A stretch of DNA of 36,367 nt from Methanocella sp. (GTDB lineage: Archaea > Thermoproteota > Bathyarchaeia > Bathyarchaeales > Bathycorpusculaceae): positions 1 to 36,367 of the forward strand of contig JBLNCY010000004.1 in the NCBI GenBank assembly GCA_050261115.1, read 5' to 3'. The position numbers and the translations under genes are program-made. Of this stretch, positions 27,831 through 36,367 are shown one piece after another. Below the pieces are notes generated by a model, which was not told the origin of the DNA, did no database searches, and saw only the letters and a list, made by a program, of their open reading frames with translations. How positions within the stretch are numbered: the stretch's first letter is position 1; every line of letters begins with the position of its first letter.

Positions 27831-28874
27831 ATGATGAAAAAAGGCTTAATCTGCCTCTTAATCGTACTAGCCGTATCCTCATTAACACTAAACTTTATCC
27901 CACAAGCCTCAAGCGCAACCCAAGACATCAAAATACTTGACAACTATACATGCTACACCGATAACTTAGGGAACCTGGTGGTGGTAGGTGAAGTTCAAAA
28001 CGTTGGCACAAATGTAATCCAAAACGTGGGAATAGGTGCCAGCGTTACTGAATCAGATGGAACCGAAGGCATCAGCGGCGGCTATGCATGGGCCGATTAT
28101 TTACTACCGGGGCAGATCGCTCCTTTCTACATTGAGTTTGCTCCCCAAGGTTCCGATCCTAATCCATGGAACGGCGTAACTGCTTCCAGCGTAACCCTAT
28201 CCGTAACCCGTGCCCCCGAAACCACCAAGTACCAATATCAAGGCGTAACCATACAAAGCCAGAAGGCAACCCCCACAAACACAGGCGAATACTGGGTAAC
28301 TGCAGAACTGAAAAACAACGGCGACCAAACCGCATCAAAAGTAGTAATCATCGGTACCTTCTACAATTCTCAGAACAATACTGTTGCTGTGGGCTACTCG
28401 GAACCCATTGATATCCCAGTGGGCGGTTCAAAGACAATCAAGGTTCCTGCCTTTGACTTAAATCAAACCTCCGTTAGTGCAGACAAAAAAATTGCCTCTT
28501 GGCGTTTACTGCTTCAGGTTGCATCGCCTATTCAAACAGATGGAAATGCGCCGACCGTTAGCTCCAACCCAACCATAAATGATGGATCCAACCCAGCGAT
28601 AGGTGGAGAAAGCACATCGGATGAGGCAAAGATGGAATTGCCCTTAAGTTATGTAGTGGCTGGTATGGTTGGTATTGTAATTGTGCTAGTAGCCGTGATA
28701 GCCCTAAAGAAGCAAAAATCGAAGACAAACAACACCAAAAATATCAAGCCAAAAGAGAACATAAATGGAAAGCGTCTAAACAAGTCAAGGCATAAAAACA
28801 AAAGACCGCAAGCTCGTTTAGTGCTGACTATCTTATCCTTTAAATACCACCTGTCACCACTGAGGATACTATGA
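27831..28874 (+). CDS. secreted, membrane-anchored protein with two FxLYD-like Ig domains
   Basis: signal peptide; VVGEVQNVG and VTAELKNNG...GTFYNS repeats; C-terminal TM plus basic tail. Confidence 0.7.
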   Translation: MMKKGLICLLIVLAVSSLTLNFIPQASSATQDIKILDNYTCYTDNLGNLVVVGEVQNVGTNVIQNVGIGASVTESDGTEGISGGYAWADYLLPGQIAPFYIEFAPQGSDPNPWNGVTASSVTLSVTRAPETTKYQYQGVTIQSQKATPTNTGEYWVTAELKNNGDQTASKVVIIGTFYNSQNNTVAVGYSEPIDIPVGGSKTIKVPAFDLNQTSVSADKKIASWRLLLQVASPIQTDGNAPTVSSNPTINDGSNPAIGGESTSDEAKMELPLSYVVAGMVGIVIVLVAVIALKKQKSKTNNTKNIKPKENINGKRLNKSRHKNKRPQARLVLTILSFKYHLSPLRIL

Positions 28875-29710
28875 GTTTCAGACCACAAAAAACCCCCAAG
28901 GCCAAGGCAAACTCAAAAGCTGCACAAGAGAAAAAGACCAAGGCAAAAAGACAACGCAAAACAACCAAACGTCTAAAAGAGGAAACTCCACAAGCAGCCC
29001 CCAAAGAAGTAGCTGAACGCGCCATAAGCGGGATTAACAAGCTTGGGAGCCAAGTTTTTGCGCTTTCCCCCTTTAGCCAATACTTCGATGATTGGCTTGT
29101 CAACCTAAGACAGGCTGTTTCAGAGTTCGAATCCAACCCAGCAATCCAGGTTGACGAGCAGTTCCAAAATGAGCGAACACAGATATTCTCAGATGTCACC
29201 GCTGCATTGACTGAGATCAAGCTGGCGGAATCCTCTCTAAATGAGGAAGCCAAAGCCCTTGAGGAAAATAACCATAAAATTGCAGACGCAGACCGAGAAT
29301 ATGCAGAAAAAACCCGTGAAATCAACAACAAACGCAACAGCGAAATCCAGAGACTAAGCAATAATATTCACATGCTTGAAGACAGTTTAGCTGCTCAGCA
29401 ACAGGTTAAGATAGGCTTCTTTAAATTCAAGGAGAAAAAGCTAGCCGCTCAAAGACTAGAGCAAACCAAAAAAGAACTCGCAGCAGCCAAAAACGAGTTA
29501 GAAGTAAAACTTGAAAGCTTCAAGGCAGAACAGGAAAAACTCCACGACAACTACATGAAGCGAAAGCAAGAGCTTAGCGAAATCAGCGATCGACTTCGTA
29601 AGGAACTTGAAAAACTCGAAACCGACTCATCCTCTGAAGCAAGACAGAAAGCCTGCGACGCACTAGTTCAAGCAATAAATGCGCAGGTCTCCCGTTTAGC
29701 AGCCACATAA
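28871..29710 (+). CDS. coiled-coil hypothetical protein with basic N-terminus
   Basis: 279-aa ORF with a K-rich N-terminus and heptad-rich body. Confidence 0.7.
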   Translation: MSFRPQKTPKAKANSKAAQEKKTKAKRQRKTTKRLKEETPQAAPKEVAERAISGINKLGSQVFALSPFSQYFDDWLVNLRQAVSEFESNPAIQVDEQFQNERTQIFSDVTAALTEIKLAESSLNEEAKALEENNHKIADADREYAEKTREINNKRNSEIQRLSNNIHMLEDSLAAQQQVKIGFFKFKEKKLAAQRLEQTKKELAAAKNELEVKLESFKAEQEKLHDNYMKRKQELSEISDRLRKELEKLETDSSSEARQKACDALVQAINAQVSRLAAT

Positions 29711-29714
29711 TCCC

Positions 29715-30034
29715 CTATTTTTTCGTAAAAACTACCTTTCCTTCTATATGCCTTACTTGCATATCGCTAACAAGGGATAATCGGCATTTTTTTGTAAAAA
29801 GAGAATTAAGCATGCTCGCAGGTTGATTGTTTAGGTCTATTGTAACCTGCTCTGCGGGGCTAATCAGGTTTTTTTGTGATTTAACCTCATTTCGTAATTC
29901 GCCTATCTCCATTTCTAGTGCGTTGGCTTTGGCGTCTGCTTGTTTTTGGAGAGGTTCAAGTTCAATTTGAAGCTTTTTCTTTTCCTATTCTAAGGCTTTT
30001 ATTCTTTCTATTGTGTCTTTTGGCTACCGCTCAT
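29715..30034 (-). pseudogene. disrupted small coiled-coil protein gene
   Basis: ATG at 30034, early frameshift, then KDTIERIKALE*(TAG 29985-29987)EKKKLQIELEPLQKQADAKANALEMEIGELRNEV in frame with ORF 29715-29912. Confidence 0.5.
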
Positions 30035-30224
30035 ATGCTTGGGTCCCCAACGTATTTTAGATGACTGTTTTTGCACTTAAGACTCTTGCATGCAAAACCC
30101 CTTAGAAGCCATCTTGAGGCTGCTTAGAATTTGGATACCTGTTGATTTTTTATAGATGCAGTTTTATATAGGCAGTTGTAAATTAAACATAACTAATTTG
30201 CTCACATTATCGGAATGTGTCTAA

Positions 30225-31568
30225 ATGAGAAAGACTATATTTAAAAAACTAGAAGCGCAGGGGCTAATAGCAAACTACAATCGCCTACGTAAAAACCTGC
30301 CGCCTAAACTACCAGACCGCACATACATCTGGGATGAAACCTTCCGCGAAGGAATCAAGGCCCCCACGGTGTACTTAACATATGTCGAGCAAGTTAGGCT
30401 TGCTAAACTCATGGATGAGGCCGGTATAGAGGTAATCAACGTCGGCTTCCCTGCATTATCAGAGGATGAAAAGCGCGCAGTTAAACGAATTGTTAATGAA
30501 TCATTTACCCACACAAAACTCGTCGCCTCAGCTGAACCCACAAAAAACAGCATAGACGCGTGTCTGGATTGTGGAATAAAAGAAATCGTTATTGAATCAC
30601 CAATCAACGGATTAAACCTCCAGTATAAACTCAAAATTACCAAAGAACAAGGCCTTCAACGCATAGTCGACTCAATTGACTACGCCAAAAAACATGGCGT
30701 AACCGTAAACTTTACCCTCATGGATGGTACCCGAACCCCCCTCGAAGATATAATTCAGGTGTTTGAAGCAGCAGCCAATGCAGGCGCCGTCCGCTTAGTA
30801 ATCGCTGACAGCGTAGGCTTCATAAGACCGCTATCAATGCGTTACTTAATTTCTCATATACGAGACGGTTTATCTGAAGCGGTTAAGAAAAAAGCTCCTC
30901 TGGGCATTCACTGCCATAACGACTTCGGCTTGGCTTCTGCCAACACTTTAGCGGCCATGGAAGAAGGTGTCTCATTCCTTCATACGTGCATCGCCGGATT
31001 CGGTGAACGCGCAGGCATAGCGCCCTTTGAAGAAGTCGTTACCGCCGCCGAATTACTCTACAATATCGATACAGGGGTTGATTTAGGTAAAATCTATCGT
31101 ATCGCTCAATCAGCAGAAAAAGCCTTTGCCATGCCAATACAGTTCCACAAGCCCATTATCGGCGAGAACATTTTCACTCATGAAGTCGAAGAAGAAGTCG
31201 AAGAAATGATGTCCCAGCCACTTGTGTATGAGCCGTTCCCGCCTGAAATCGTAGGTAGGGAAACAATGATATTCATAGGCCGAAACACAGGTCAAACCTT
31301 AATTCAGAAACTGCTGGAAAAAGCCGGAATCCGCGCCTCCCCTCGCCAAATGGATGAATTATTCCGTCGCATCAAGGGCCCGCAGGAAAGTCTTGATAAA
31401 GGCGAAGCTCAAATGACTTACTATCAAGTCAAGAAACTGATGAAAGACCTTCTCAAGGGCTACACTATGGATGAATTCTGGCGGCTTGTCGAGCAAGTTA
31501 CGCGTCAACGCCCCAAACTAACAAAACCCACTAAGAAATCAGAAACCGCTGACAAGTTAATACCCTAA
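30225..31568 (+). CDS. isopropylmalate/homocitrate/citramalate synthase family (DRE-TIM) protein with a degenerate active site
   Basis: WDETFREG, GFPA, IHCHNDFGLASANTLAA, GERAG, HKPIIGEN, YEP. Confidence 0.8.
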   Translation: MRKTIFKKLEAQGLIANYNRLRKNLPPKLPDRTYIWDETFREGIKAPTVYLTYVEQVRLAKLMDEAGIEVINVGFPALSEDEKRAVKRIVNESFTHTKLVASAEPTKNSIDACLDCGIKEIVIESPINGLNLQYKLKITKEQGLQRIVDSIDYAKKHGVTVNFTLMDGTRTPLEDIIQVFEAAANAGAVRLVIADSVGFIRPLSMRYLISHIRDGLSEAVKKKAPLGIHCHNDFGLASANTLAAMEEGVSFLHTCIAGFGERAGIAPFEEVVTAAELLYNIDTGVDLGKIYRIAQSAEKAFAMPIQFHKPIIGENIFTHEVEEEVEEMMSQPLVYEPFPPEIVGRETMIFIGRNTGQTLIQKLLEKAGIRASPRQMDELFRRIKGPQESLDKGEAQMTYYQVKKLMKDLLKGYTMDEFWRLVEQVTRQRPKLTKPTKKSETADKLIP

Positions 31569-32555
31569 TTCGCTTCTTATTTTATTTATTTCTTTGTTGC
31601 TGGGGTTTTTTGGGTAATTGTAGATGGGTCCGCTTGGCTTTTCGTTGTAGTAGGGTCGATTGCAGTCTGGGCAGCCGCTGGTGCAGAACGCTTGGCCCTC
31701 CTCAAGTACCTTGTCGATTTCTTGGCTGGGTACGCCGTAGCTGGCGATTTCGTTTTGACTGTTGAAACTCATTTTTGCAGCCGATGTTTTGCCTGAGATG
31801 ATTAAGTGTCTTGCAAGCTGAATGCGCCTATATGACTTAAGATTCGGCGGCTGATTCCGCTCCATTCTTGCGCCTTTAATGGGCGTGAACGCAAAAAGCG
31901 CAGGCAACACACCTAAATCTATACAGCGCTGAATAACCTCAACTGCTTCTTTCTCGGTTTCGCCTAAACCAACAATCACATGAGTACTGACGTTGTCTTT
32001 TCCGAATACACTTTGAGCAAGCGAGAACAGGTCGAACTGATTATCCCACTTATAGCAGCCGCCGATATCCTTACCTTTTACCTTATCAAAGATCGTTTGG
32101 GTTGCCGCATCTAGGGCGATGCCGAGTCTGGTTACACCGGCTGATTTTAGGCGTTCGATGTCTGCGTGGTTTTGTGGTTGGCAAGAAACTGATACTGCCA
32201 CAAAGGTTTGCTCTTTAATTCTGCGTACTATGGCTTCCAGATCAGCGAAAACTTCTGGGTAGTTGATGGCTTGGATGCAGACGCGCCTGATTTTTTTCTG
32301 CTCGACCGATAGTTTGAGCGCTGGCACAACATCTGCAAGGGGATAGGGGGGCCAAGTTACTCTGGAGAGGAGTTCTGTGCTGCTTTTGCTTTCACGTGCT
32401 TGAGAGCAGAAACCGCAATTTCCGGCGCATTTTCCACTGTGGTAAGTCATGAAGTAAGCCGTGGTTGGTTCAGCATCTAATTTATTTCTTAATAACCCTA
32501 GGACTGCGGCGGTACCTATGGAAACTCGGATTAAGTCACTGTTTTTCTGTGCCAA
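31557..32555 (-). CDS. radical SAM protein, archaeal lipoyl synthase LipS2-like (BioB-related)
   Basis: CAGNCGFC (CxxxCxxC), LSRVTWP, HVIVGLGETE, C-terminal TSGCPDCNRP. Confidence 0.75.
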   Translation of the reverse strand: MAQKNSDLIRVSIGTAAVLGLLRNKLDAEPTTAYFMTYHSGKCAGNCGFCSQARESKSSTELLSRVTWPPYPLADVVPALKLSVEQKKIRRVCIQAINYPEVFADLEAIVRRIKEQTFVAVSVSCQPQNHADIERLKSAGVTRLGIALDAATQTIFDKVKGKDIGGCYKWDNQFDLFSLAQSVFGKDNVSTHVIVGLGETEKEAVEVIQRCIDLGVLPALFAFTPIKGARMERNQPPNLKSYRRIQLARHLIISGKTSAAKMSFNSQNEIASYGVPSQEIDKVLEEGQAFCTSGCPDCNRPYYNEKPSGPIYNYPKNPSNKEINKIRSELGY

Positions 32556-32611
32556 GCAATCATCAGCTCAATAGAGGAAGCAGTTGTGAAGCGGGGTAAT
32601 TCTATTTTTTG

Positions 32612-32631
32612 TCGTTCCAAGTCTGGAACGA
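32612..32631. promoter_or_regulatory. 8-bp inverted repeat in a divergent promoter region
   Basis: tcgttcca-agtc-tggaacga, plus a further gttcca half-site at about 32635-32640. Confidence 0.35.
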
Positions 32632-32676
32632 TGTGTTCCAGCATTAGAGTAATATCATAACCTACTTATTTCCAAC

Positions 32677-33927
32677 GTGAGACGGTGGATAATGAATCTG
32701 CTTGGGACAAGAAAGATGAAAGCCTTTTGGGCTGTGTTGATTGTGGCGCTGATGGTTTCGGCCTTGGCGCTATTTCTGCTTGATGCTTCAATAGCGACCG
32801 CTGCTTCGCTCTCTGATCCAGTTGTAATTAGCACAGAGATACCCGGACTAATGGGATACTGTGTTTACCAGTTGTCGGATGGAAGCTTGGTGGTAAACAG
32901 CGCAAACGAATCCTGTACTTTCCTAACTAAACTTGACTCAAAATACCAACTTCTCTGGAGCAAGCCAGTGATAAACCAAAGTGGCATGCAGCGGTTGCTT
33001 CCACTTCGAGACGGCGGCTTCCTGCTTGCAGACGTCATAGACAACCAGTATGTTTTGTTAAAGACCGATTCTGAGGGCGATATCCAGTGGACCGAATCGT
33101 ATAGTTCCGGAGCGCAAATAAACTATCTACTGGACATTATCCAAGCAAGCGACGGCGGCTTTGCTATGGCTGGCTTTGGAGTGCCAGTTATCGATGGTTT
33201 AGGCTGGATTTGGTTTGCTAAAACAGACGCAGCGGGGCGGTTGCAGTGGTGCAAAAATATTTCCGGTCCAACCAATGATTGCCCTTCAAGCATTTTCGAA
33301 ACCCCTGACGGCGGATATGTACTTTCGGACACGGCCTACTCATTTGTTCCGGATCAGGCCTTCTATAGGTTAATCAGAATGGATTCGGAGGGAGGGTTGC
33401 TTGGAAACACTTCCTACGGCGGTTATGATTATTACAATCAGCCCGAATGCAACTTTGCGATTGAAACCAGTGACGGGGGGTACTTGATGTGCGGGTATCT
33501 GTGGCGTAAACCGGCATGGGTAGTGAAAGTTGACTCGGAGGGCGCCATGCAGTGGAACCAAACCTATGGCGAGGACTGGTGCTCTATTGTTGGTGCAAGA
33601 GAAACTCAAAATGGGTATCTGCTTGTGATGTATGCGGGAAATCAGACTGGAATAATCTTAACGGATAGAGCTGGGCTAACTATTTGGAATACTACGATTC
33701 CAGGTGTGTCTTTGTCGTGGGGTTTGGAATCGAATTTTAACACCATAACCGCCTCTAACGGCGGCTATATTATGGTAGCGTCTAAGGATCAGGCGGTTTG
33801 GCTAGCAAAACTAGAATACACAAGTGATAACCCGGCGGTTCCAATGTTTGCGATTGGCCTGTTAGTGCTCGCTGCCGCTTTGGCCTCCGCGCTTCTATTG
33901 AATGCTAAAAACAAAAATAAGCTCTAA
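32677..33927 (+). CDS. secreted, membrane-anchored beta-propeller-like repeat protein
   Basis: N-terminal hydrophobic segment; repeated DGG(F/Y)...K(T/V)DxxG..QW units; C-terminal TM. Confidence 0.75.
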   Translation: MRRWIMNLLGTRKMKAFWAVLIVALMVSALALFLLDASIATAASLSDPVVISTEIPGLMGYCVYQLSDGSLVVNSANESCTFLTKLDSKYQLLWSKPVINQSGMQRLLPLRDGGFLLADVIDNQYVLLKTDSEGDIQWTESYSSGAQINYLLDIIQASDGGFAMAGFGVPVIDGLGWIWFAKTDAAGRLQWCKNISGPTNDCPSSIFETPDGGYVLSDTAYSFVPDQAFYRLIRMDSEGGLLGNTSYGGYDYYNQPECNFAIETSDGGYLMCGYLWRKPAWVVKVDSEGAMQWNQTYGEDWCSIVGARETQNGYLLVMYAGNQTGIILTDRAGLTIWNTTIPGVSLSWGLESNFNTITASNGGYIMVASKDQAVWLAKLEYTSDNPAVPMFAIGLLVLAAALASALLLNAKNKNKL

Positions 33928-33935
33928 TGCCTTAC

Positions 33936-34502
33936 CTAAGGGGTTATGTTATCTGCCGTCGAGGATATTTGCAGCTTAGCCTTTCGTAACAGCAGGGTTT
34001 TGCGGTAGTTAGCGACTAGGCCTATGGCGTGGGTGACAAAAGAGATTAACGCAAACGATGGGAAGCCAACTTCGACCAATGCAAATATTATCGGGGTTGG
34101 CGAGAGTAGTGTTAAGCCTATTGCGATGTACAGTACACTTCCGATGTATCTGCCCACTGGATCATAGAGCTTCTTTGTATAGCAACTTAATACGATAAAT
34201 TGGCCGAAGGATGCGACGATAAGCAGCATTACCCAAACAGGGTAGTAACCGCTTAAAGTAAAAGCGGCAAATATACCCGTTATAAATGTGAAGTCGACTA
34301 TGGCGTCAAAGTAGGCGCCTGTTTTCGAGGCTACCCCAAGTTTGCGTGCAACAAATCCGTCGATTAAATCGGTAATTTGTGCCAAACCAAAAATCAGTAT
34401 GCAAGCGACGGGGTTAGCTGTACTGTAGTAATAGAGGAAAAGGGGCAGGGCTGCAAGTCGCAGCGAACTGATGCTTGAGGGAACTAGTGCTTTTTTGTTC
34501 AT
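33936..34502 (-). CDS. CDP-alcohol phosphatidyltransferase family protein
   Basis: TDLIDGFVARKLGVASKTGAYFDAIVD matches DxxDGxxAR...GxxxDxxxD. Confidence 0.9.
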   Translation of the reverse strand: MNKKALVPSSISSLRLAALPLFLYYYSTANPVACILIFGLAQITDLIDGFVARKLGVASKTGAYFDAIVDFTFITGIFAAFTLSGYYPVWVMLLIVASFGQFIVLSCYTKKLYDPVGRYIGSVLYIAIGLTLLSPTPIIFALVEVGFPSFALISFVTHAIGLVANYRKTLLLRKAKLQISSTADNITP

Positions 34503-34512
34503 GACATATCCT

Positions 34513-35076
34513 TTATGGCGTTAATTTGGCGGCTTCGTCTTGAAGTTGATTAAAGTTCCGGTTGCTCCTGTAAGACGTTAACACTTGGCTGATGTTGCCG
34601 TTGGCGTCCTCGATAGTTTTGGTCATGGCTTCTTTGACGTTAAAGGGGTCTAAGCCTCCACCTAGTACTATGACAACGGTGTTTATACCGTTTAGGTTTC
34701 CTACGCGGTGAATATGGTCGGTTATGGTGGGCGCCGGGTTAAAGTCATAGATTGCCCAGCTTAAGACTAAGAGAGAATATTTGGTGAGGTCGGTTGGGGC
34801 TTGTGGGCTTGCGGTTGCAACTTCGACACGCCAGCCATTTGCCGCAAGGGCTTCTGCATAAGTATTGGTTATGTTTTCCGCGTAGTCAGTTAGACCGGGG
34901 TGATAGATTACTAGGGCGGTTTTCGAACCTTCTGCGTTTAGTACCTTTGTTGGAGTTGTGGTTTCTCTGTATACGCTGTATTCAAGGTATGCGAAAAGGC
35001 CGCCGATGACAGCTATTGTTATGAGAAGGGTGGTTAGCAAGATTTTTTTCCACCTTTTTTGGGGCCAAAACTTCAA
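34513..35076 (-). CDS. membrane-anchored flavodoxin-like fold protein
   Basis: N-terminal TM; ALVIYHPG, DLTKYSLLVL alpha/beta pattern. Confidence 0.55.
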   Translation of the reverse strand: MKFWPQKRWKKILLTTLLITIAVIGGLFAYLEYSVYRETTTPTKVLNAEGSKTALVIYHPGLTDYAENITNTYAEALAANGWRVEVATASPQAPTDLTKYSLLVLSWAIYDFNPAPTITDHIHRVGNLNGINTVVIVLGGGLDPFNVKEAMTKTIEDANGNISQVLTSYRSNRNFNQLQDEAAKLTP

Positions 35077-35205
35077 AACTGCAACCCCCGTTTAAAAGAA
35101 TTTGAGGTTGAAGATTGTTTTTCCGTGGCTACTCTGATTGTGTTCATGTTGTTTCACAAGCCACTTTTGGGGCTTCGATGTATAAACTGTGCCGCACTAA
35201 AGCTA

Positions 35206-35220
35206 TACACCAAAGGTGAA
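35206..35220. promoter_or_regulatory. palindromic motif TACACC-N3-GGTGAA (one-mismatch copy)
   Basis: on the minus strand it lies upstream of a TATA-like tttataca preceding the 34513-35076 gene. Confidence 0.4.
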
Positions 35221-35234
35221 TAAAAAAAGAGGAC

Positions 35235-35585
35235 TTATGCAGATTTATCGTCGGATAAGTCGGGCATTAGTTTCTCTTCGATGCTTGCTAGCTGGTTTAG
35301 CCGTTTTTCCCATTTTCGGAAGAAGCGGTACTGAAAACTCATAAGGTAAATGCTGTAAACGAGCAGACCCGCTAAAACAGCTATTAAGATGATACCGCTA
35401 ACCGAGTAGCCCCGGGGAATCAACGCATATGAAACAAAAAAAATCAGAACCAACATAAACACAGATATCAGGATGCTTATTATCGCGCCCCGCTTGAATC
35501 GGTTGGTTTCTTGTTCCACTTGGTGAAGGAACTCATGTATTGTCCTTACGGGATACAGTGGGTCTGTTTCTTTTTTTGTCATCAC
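35235..35585 (-). CDS. small two-TM membrane protein
   Basis: two hydrophobic helices flanked by charged segments. Confidence 0.7.
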   Translation of the reverse strand: MMTKKETDPLYPVRTIHEFLHQVEQETNRFKRGAIISILISVFMLVLIFFVSYALIPRGYSVSGIILIAVLAGLLVYSIYLMSFQYRFFRKWEKRLNQLASIEEKLMPDLSDDKSA

Positions 35586-35617
35586 GTTTTCTTTCCTTGT
35601 TAATGTTATATAGGTAG

Positions 35618-35632
35618 TTCACCAGTGGTGAA
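35618..35632. promoter_or_regulatory. palindrome TTCACCA-G-TGGTGAA
   Basis: perfect 7-bp arms, 5 bp upstream of a minus-strand TATA (tatataac, 35605-35612). Confidence 0.5.
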
Positions 35633-35634
35633 GG

Positions 35635-35892
35635 CTACATTAGTGAGGGTAGAGCATCTCGGAGGCTTGTGTAGATCTTGCGTCCTTGGGCTGTGATTAA
35701 TATATGACCTTCGGCAGTTTCGTTTATGAAGCCTTTGTCTTTGAGGTATAGGAGGTGTTTTAGGAAGTCGTCGTATGAGGCGTCGGTAGCTTTTCGCCAG
35801 ACATGGGTACGCAGCTGAATTTTGTTAGCGAAGAAAAGGTATTCTAGTATTTCAAAGCGTATTTGAACTGCGCCTTTGCGTTTATCCGCCAT
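35635..35892 (-). CDS. small winged-helix DNA-binding protein
   Basis: RKGAVQIRFEILEYL...SYDDFLKHLLYLKDKGFI...ITAQG; start placed at ATG 35892. Confidence 0.75.
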   Translation of the reverse strand: MADKRKGAVQIRFEILEYLFFANKIQLRTHVWRKATDASYDDFLKHLLYLKDKGFINETAEGHILITAQGRKIYTSLRDALPSLM

Positions 35893-36017
35893 GGGTGTGC
35901 CCGTAGCCTGTATGTACAACTGACGGATGTGTTTAAAAGGTTAAGGGTACGCTACATTGGGATTAGAATCATCTATATTTCTGTCTGTCCATTGTATTTA
36001 GTGAGAGGACTTTTTTG

Positions 36018-36367
36018 ATGGAAACAAAAAATGAATCTATGACCACTAAGCCAAAACACATTTTAGTTGTTGACGACGACAAGTCGGTTCTTACGTCAAC
36101 GGTTCGGGTTCTTGATCGAAATGGGTTTATTGCACATACGGCAGAAACGGGTAAAGAAGCAATAGAAAAAGCCAAAACCCAGCCTTATGACGCAGTTTTG
36201 ATCGATTTAAAGCTTCCAGATATGGATGGTATCGATGTTCTATCTCGAGCGGATTTCGGAAGAGCGGTAATAATTATGTTAACGGGGTTTCCTTCGTTGG
36301 TTTCGGGATTGGCGGCTCAGGATAAAGGGGTAGATGCTTACTTGTCTAAGCCGGTGAGACCTGAAGA
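36018..36367 (+). CDS. response regulator receiver domain protein (truncated by window end)
   Basis: translated by hand: HILVVDDD...AVLIDLKLPDMDG...MLTG...YLSKPV; not in the ORF track because it runs off the end. Confidence 0.9.
   Translation, partial: METKNESMTTKPKHILVVDDDKSVLTSTVRVLDRNGFIAHTAETGKEAIEKAKTQPYDAVLIDLKLPDMDGIDVLSRADFGRAVIIMLTGFPSLVSGLAAQDKGVDAYLSKPVRPE

Noticed and set aside
29985-29987. In-frame TAG as pyrrolysine or readthrough
   Set aside because: The same gene also needs a frameshift, no pyl genes are in the window, and other genes use TAG as a normal stop.

Overview
Archaeal chromosomal segment, most likely from Bathyarchaeia. This is an inference from gene content: Zn-ribbon tyrosine integrase, eL38, nop5-fibrillarin, mch, a LipS2-like radical SAM protein, and archaeal TATA/SD signals. 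Bases 1-2468 look like the right end of an element integrated at tRNA-Phe(GAA), carrying an HxlR-like regulator, a small ORF, the integrase and strand-specific GA-mismatch hairpins. The rest mixes housekeeping and metabolic genes (tRNA-Val, eL38, nop5/flpA, ClC, aguB-aguA, pyrB, gpmI, mch, ECF S component, RibD-like reductase, CDP-alcohol phosphatidyltransferase) with accessory genes and several frameshifted pseudogenes. The most striking item is 17511-19727, an intact 738-aa fusion of an ArsR-type winged HTH, an ATP-cone and a full class III ribonucleotide reductase (NrdD) body. By eye it has lost both catalytic cysteines and the glycyl-radical motif, making it a candidate nucleotide-sensing transcription factor built from a dead RNR. 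A DRE-TIM synthase paralog and a MobA-like protein also look catalytically degenerate. All family assignments come from motif recognition without database searches.
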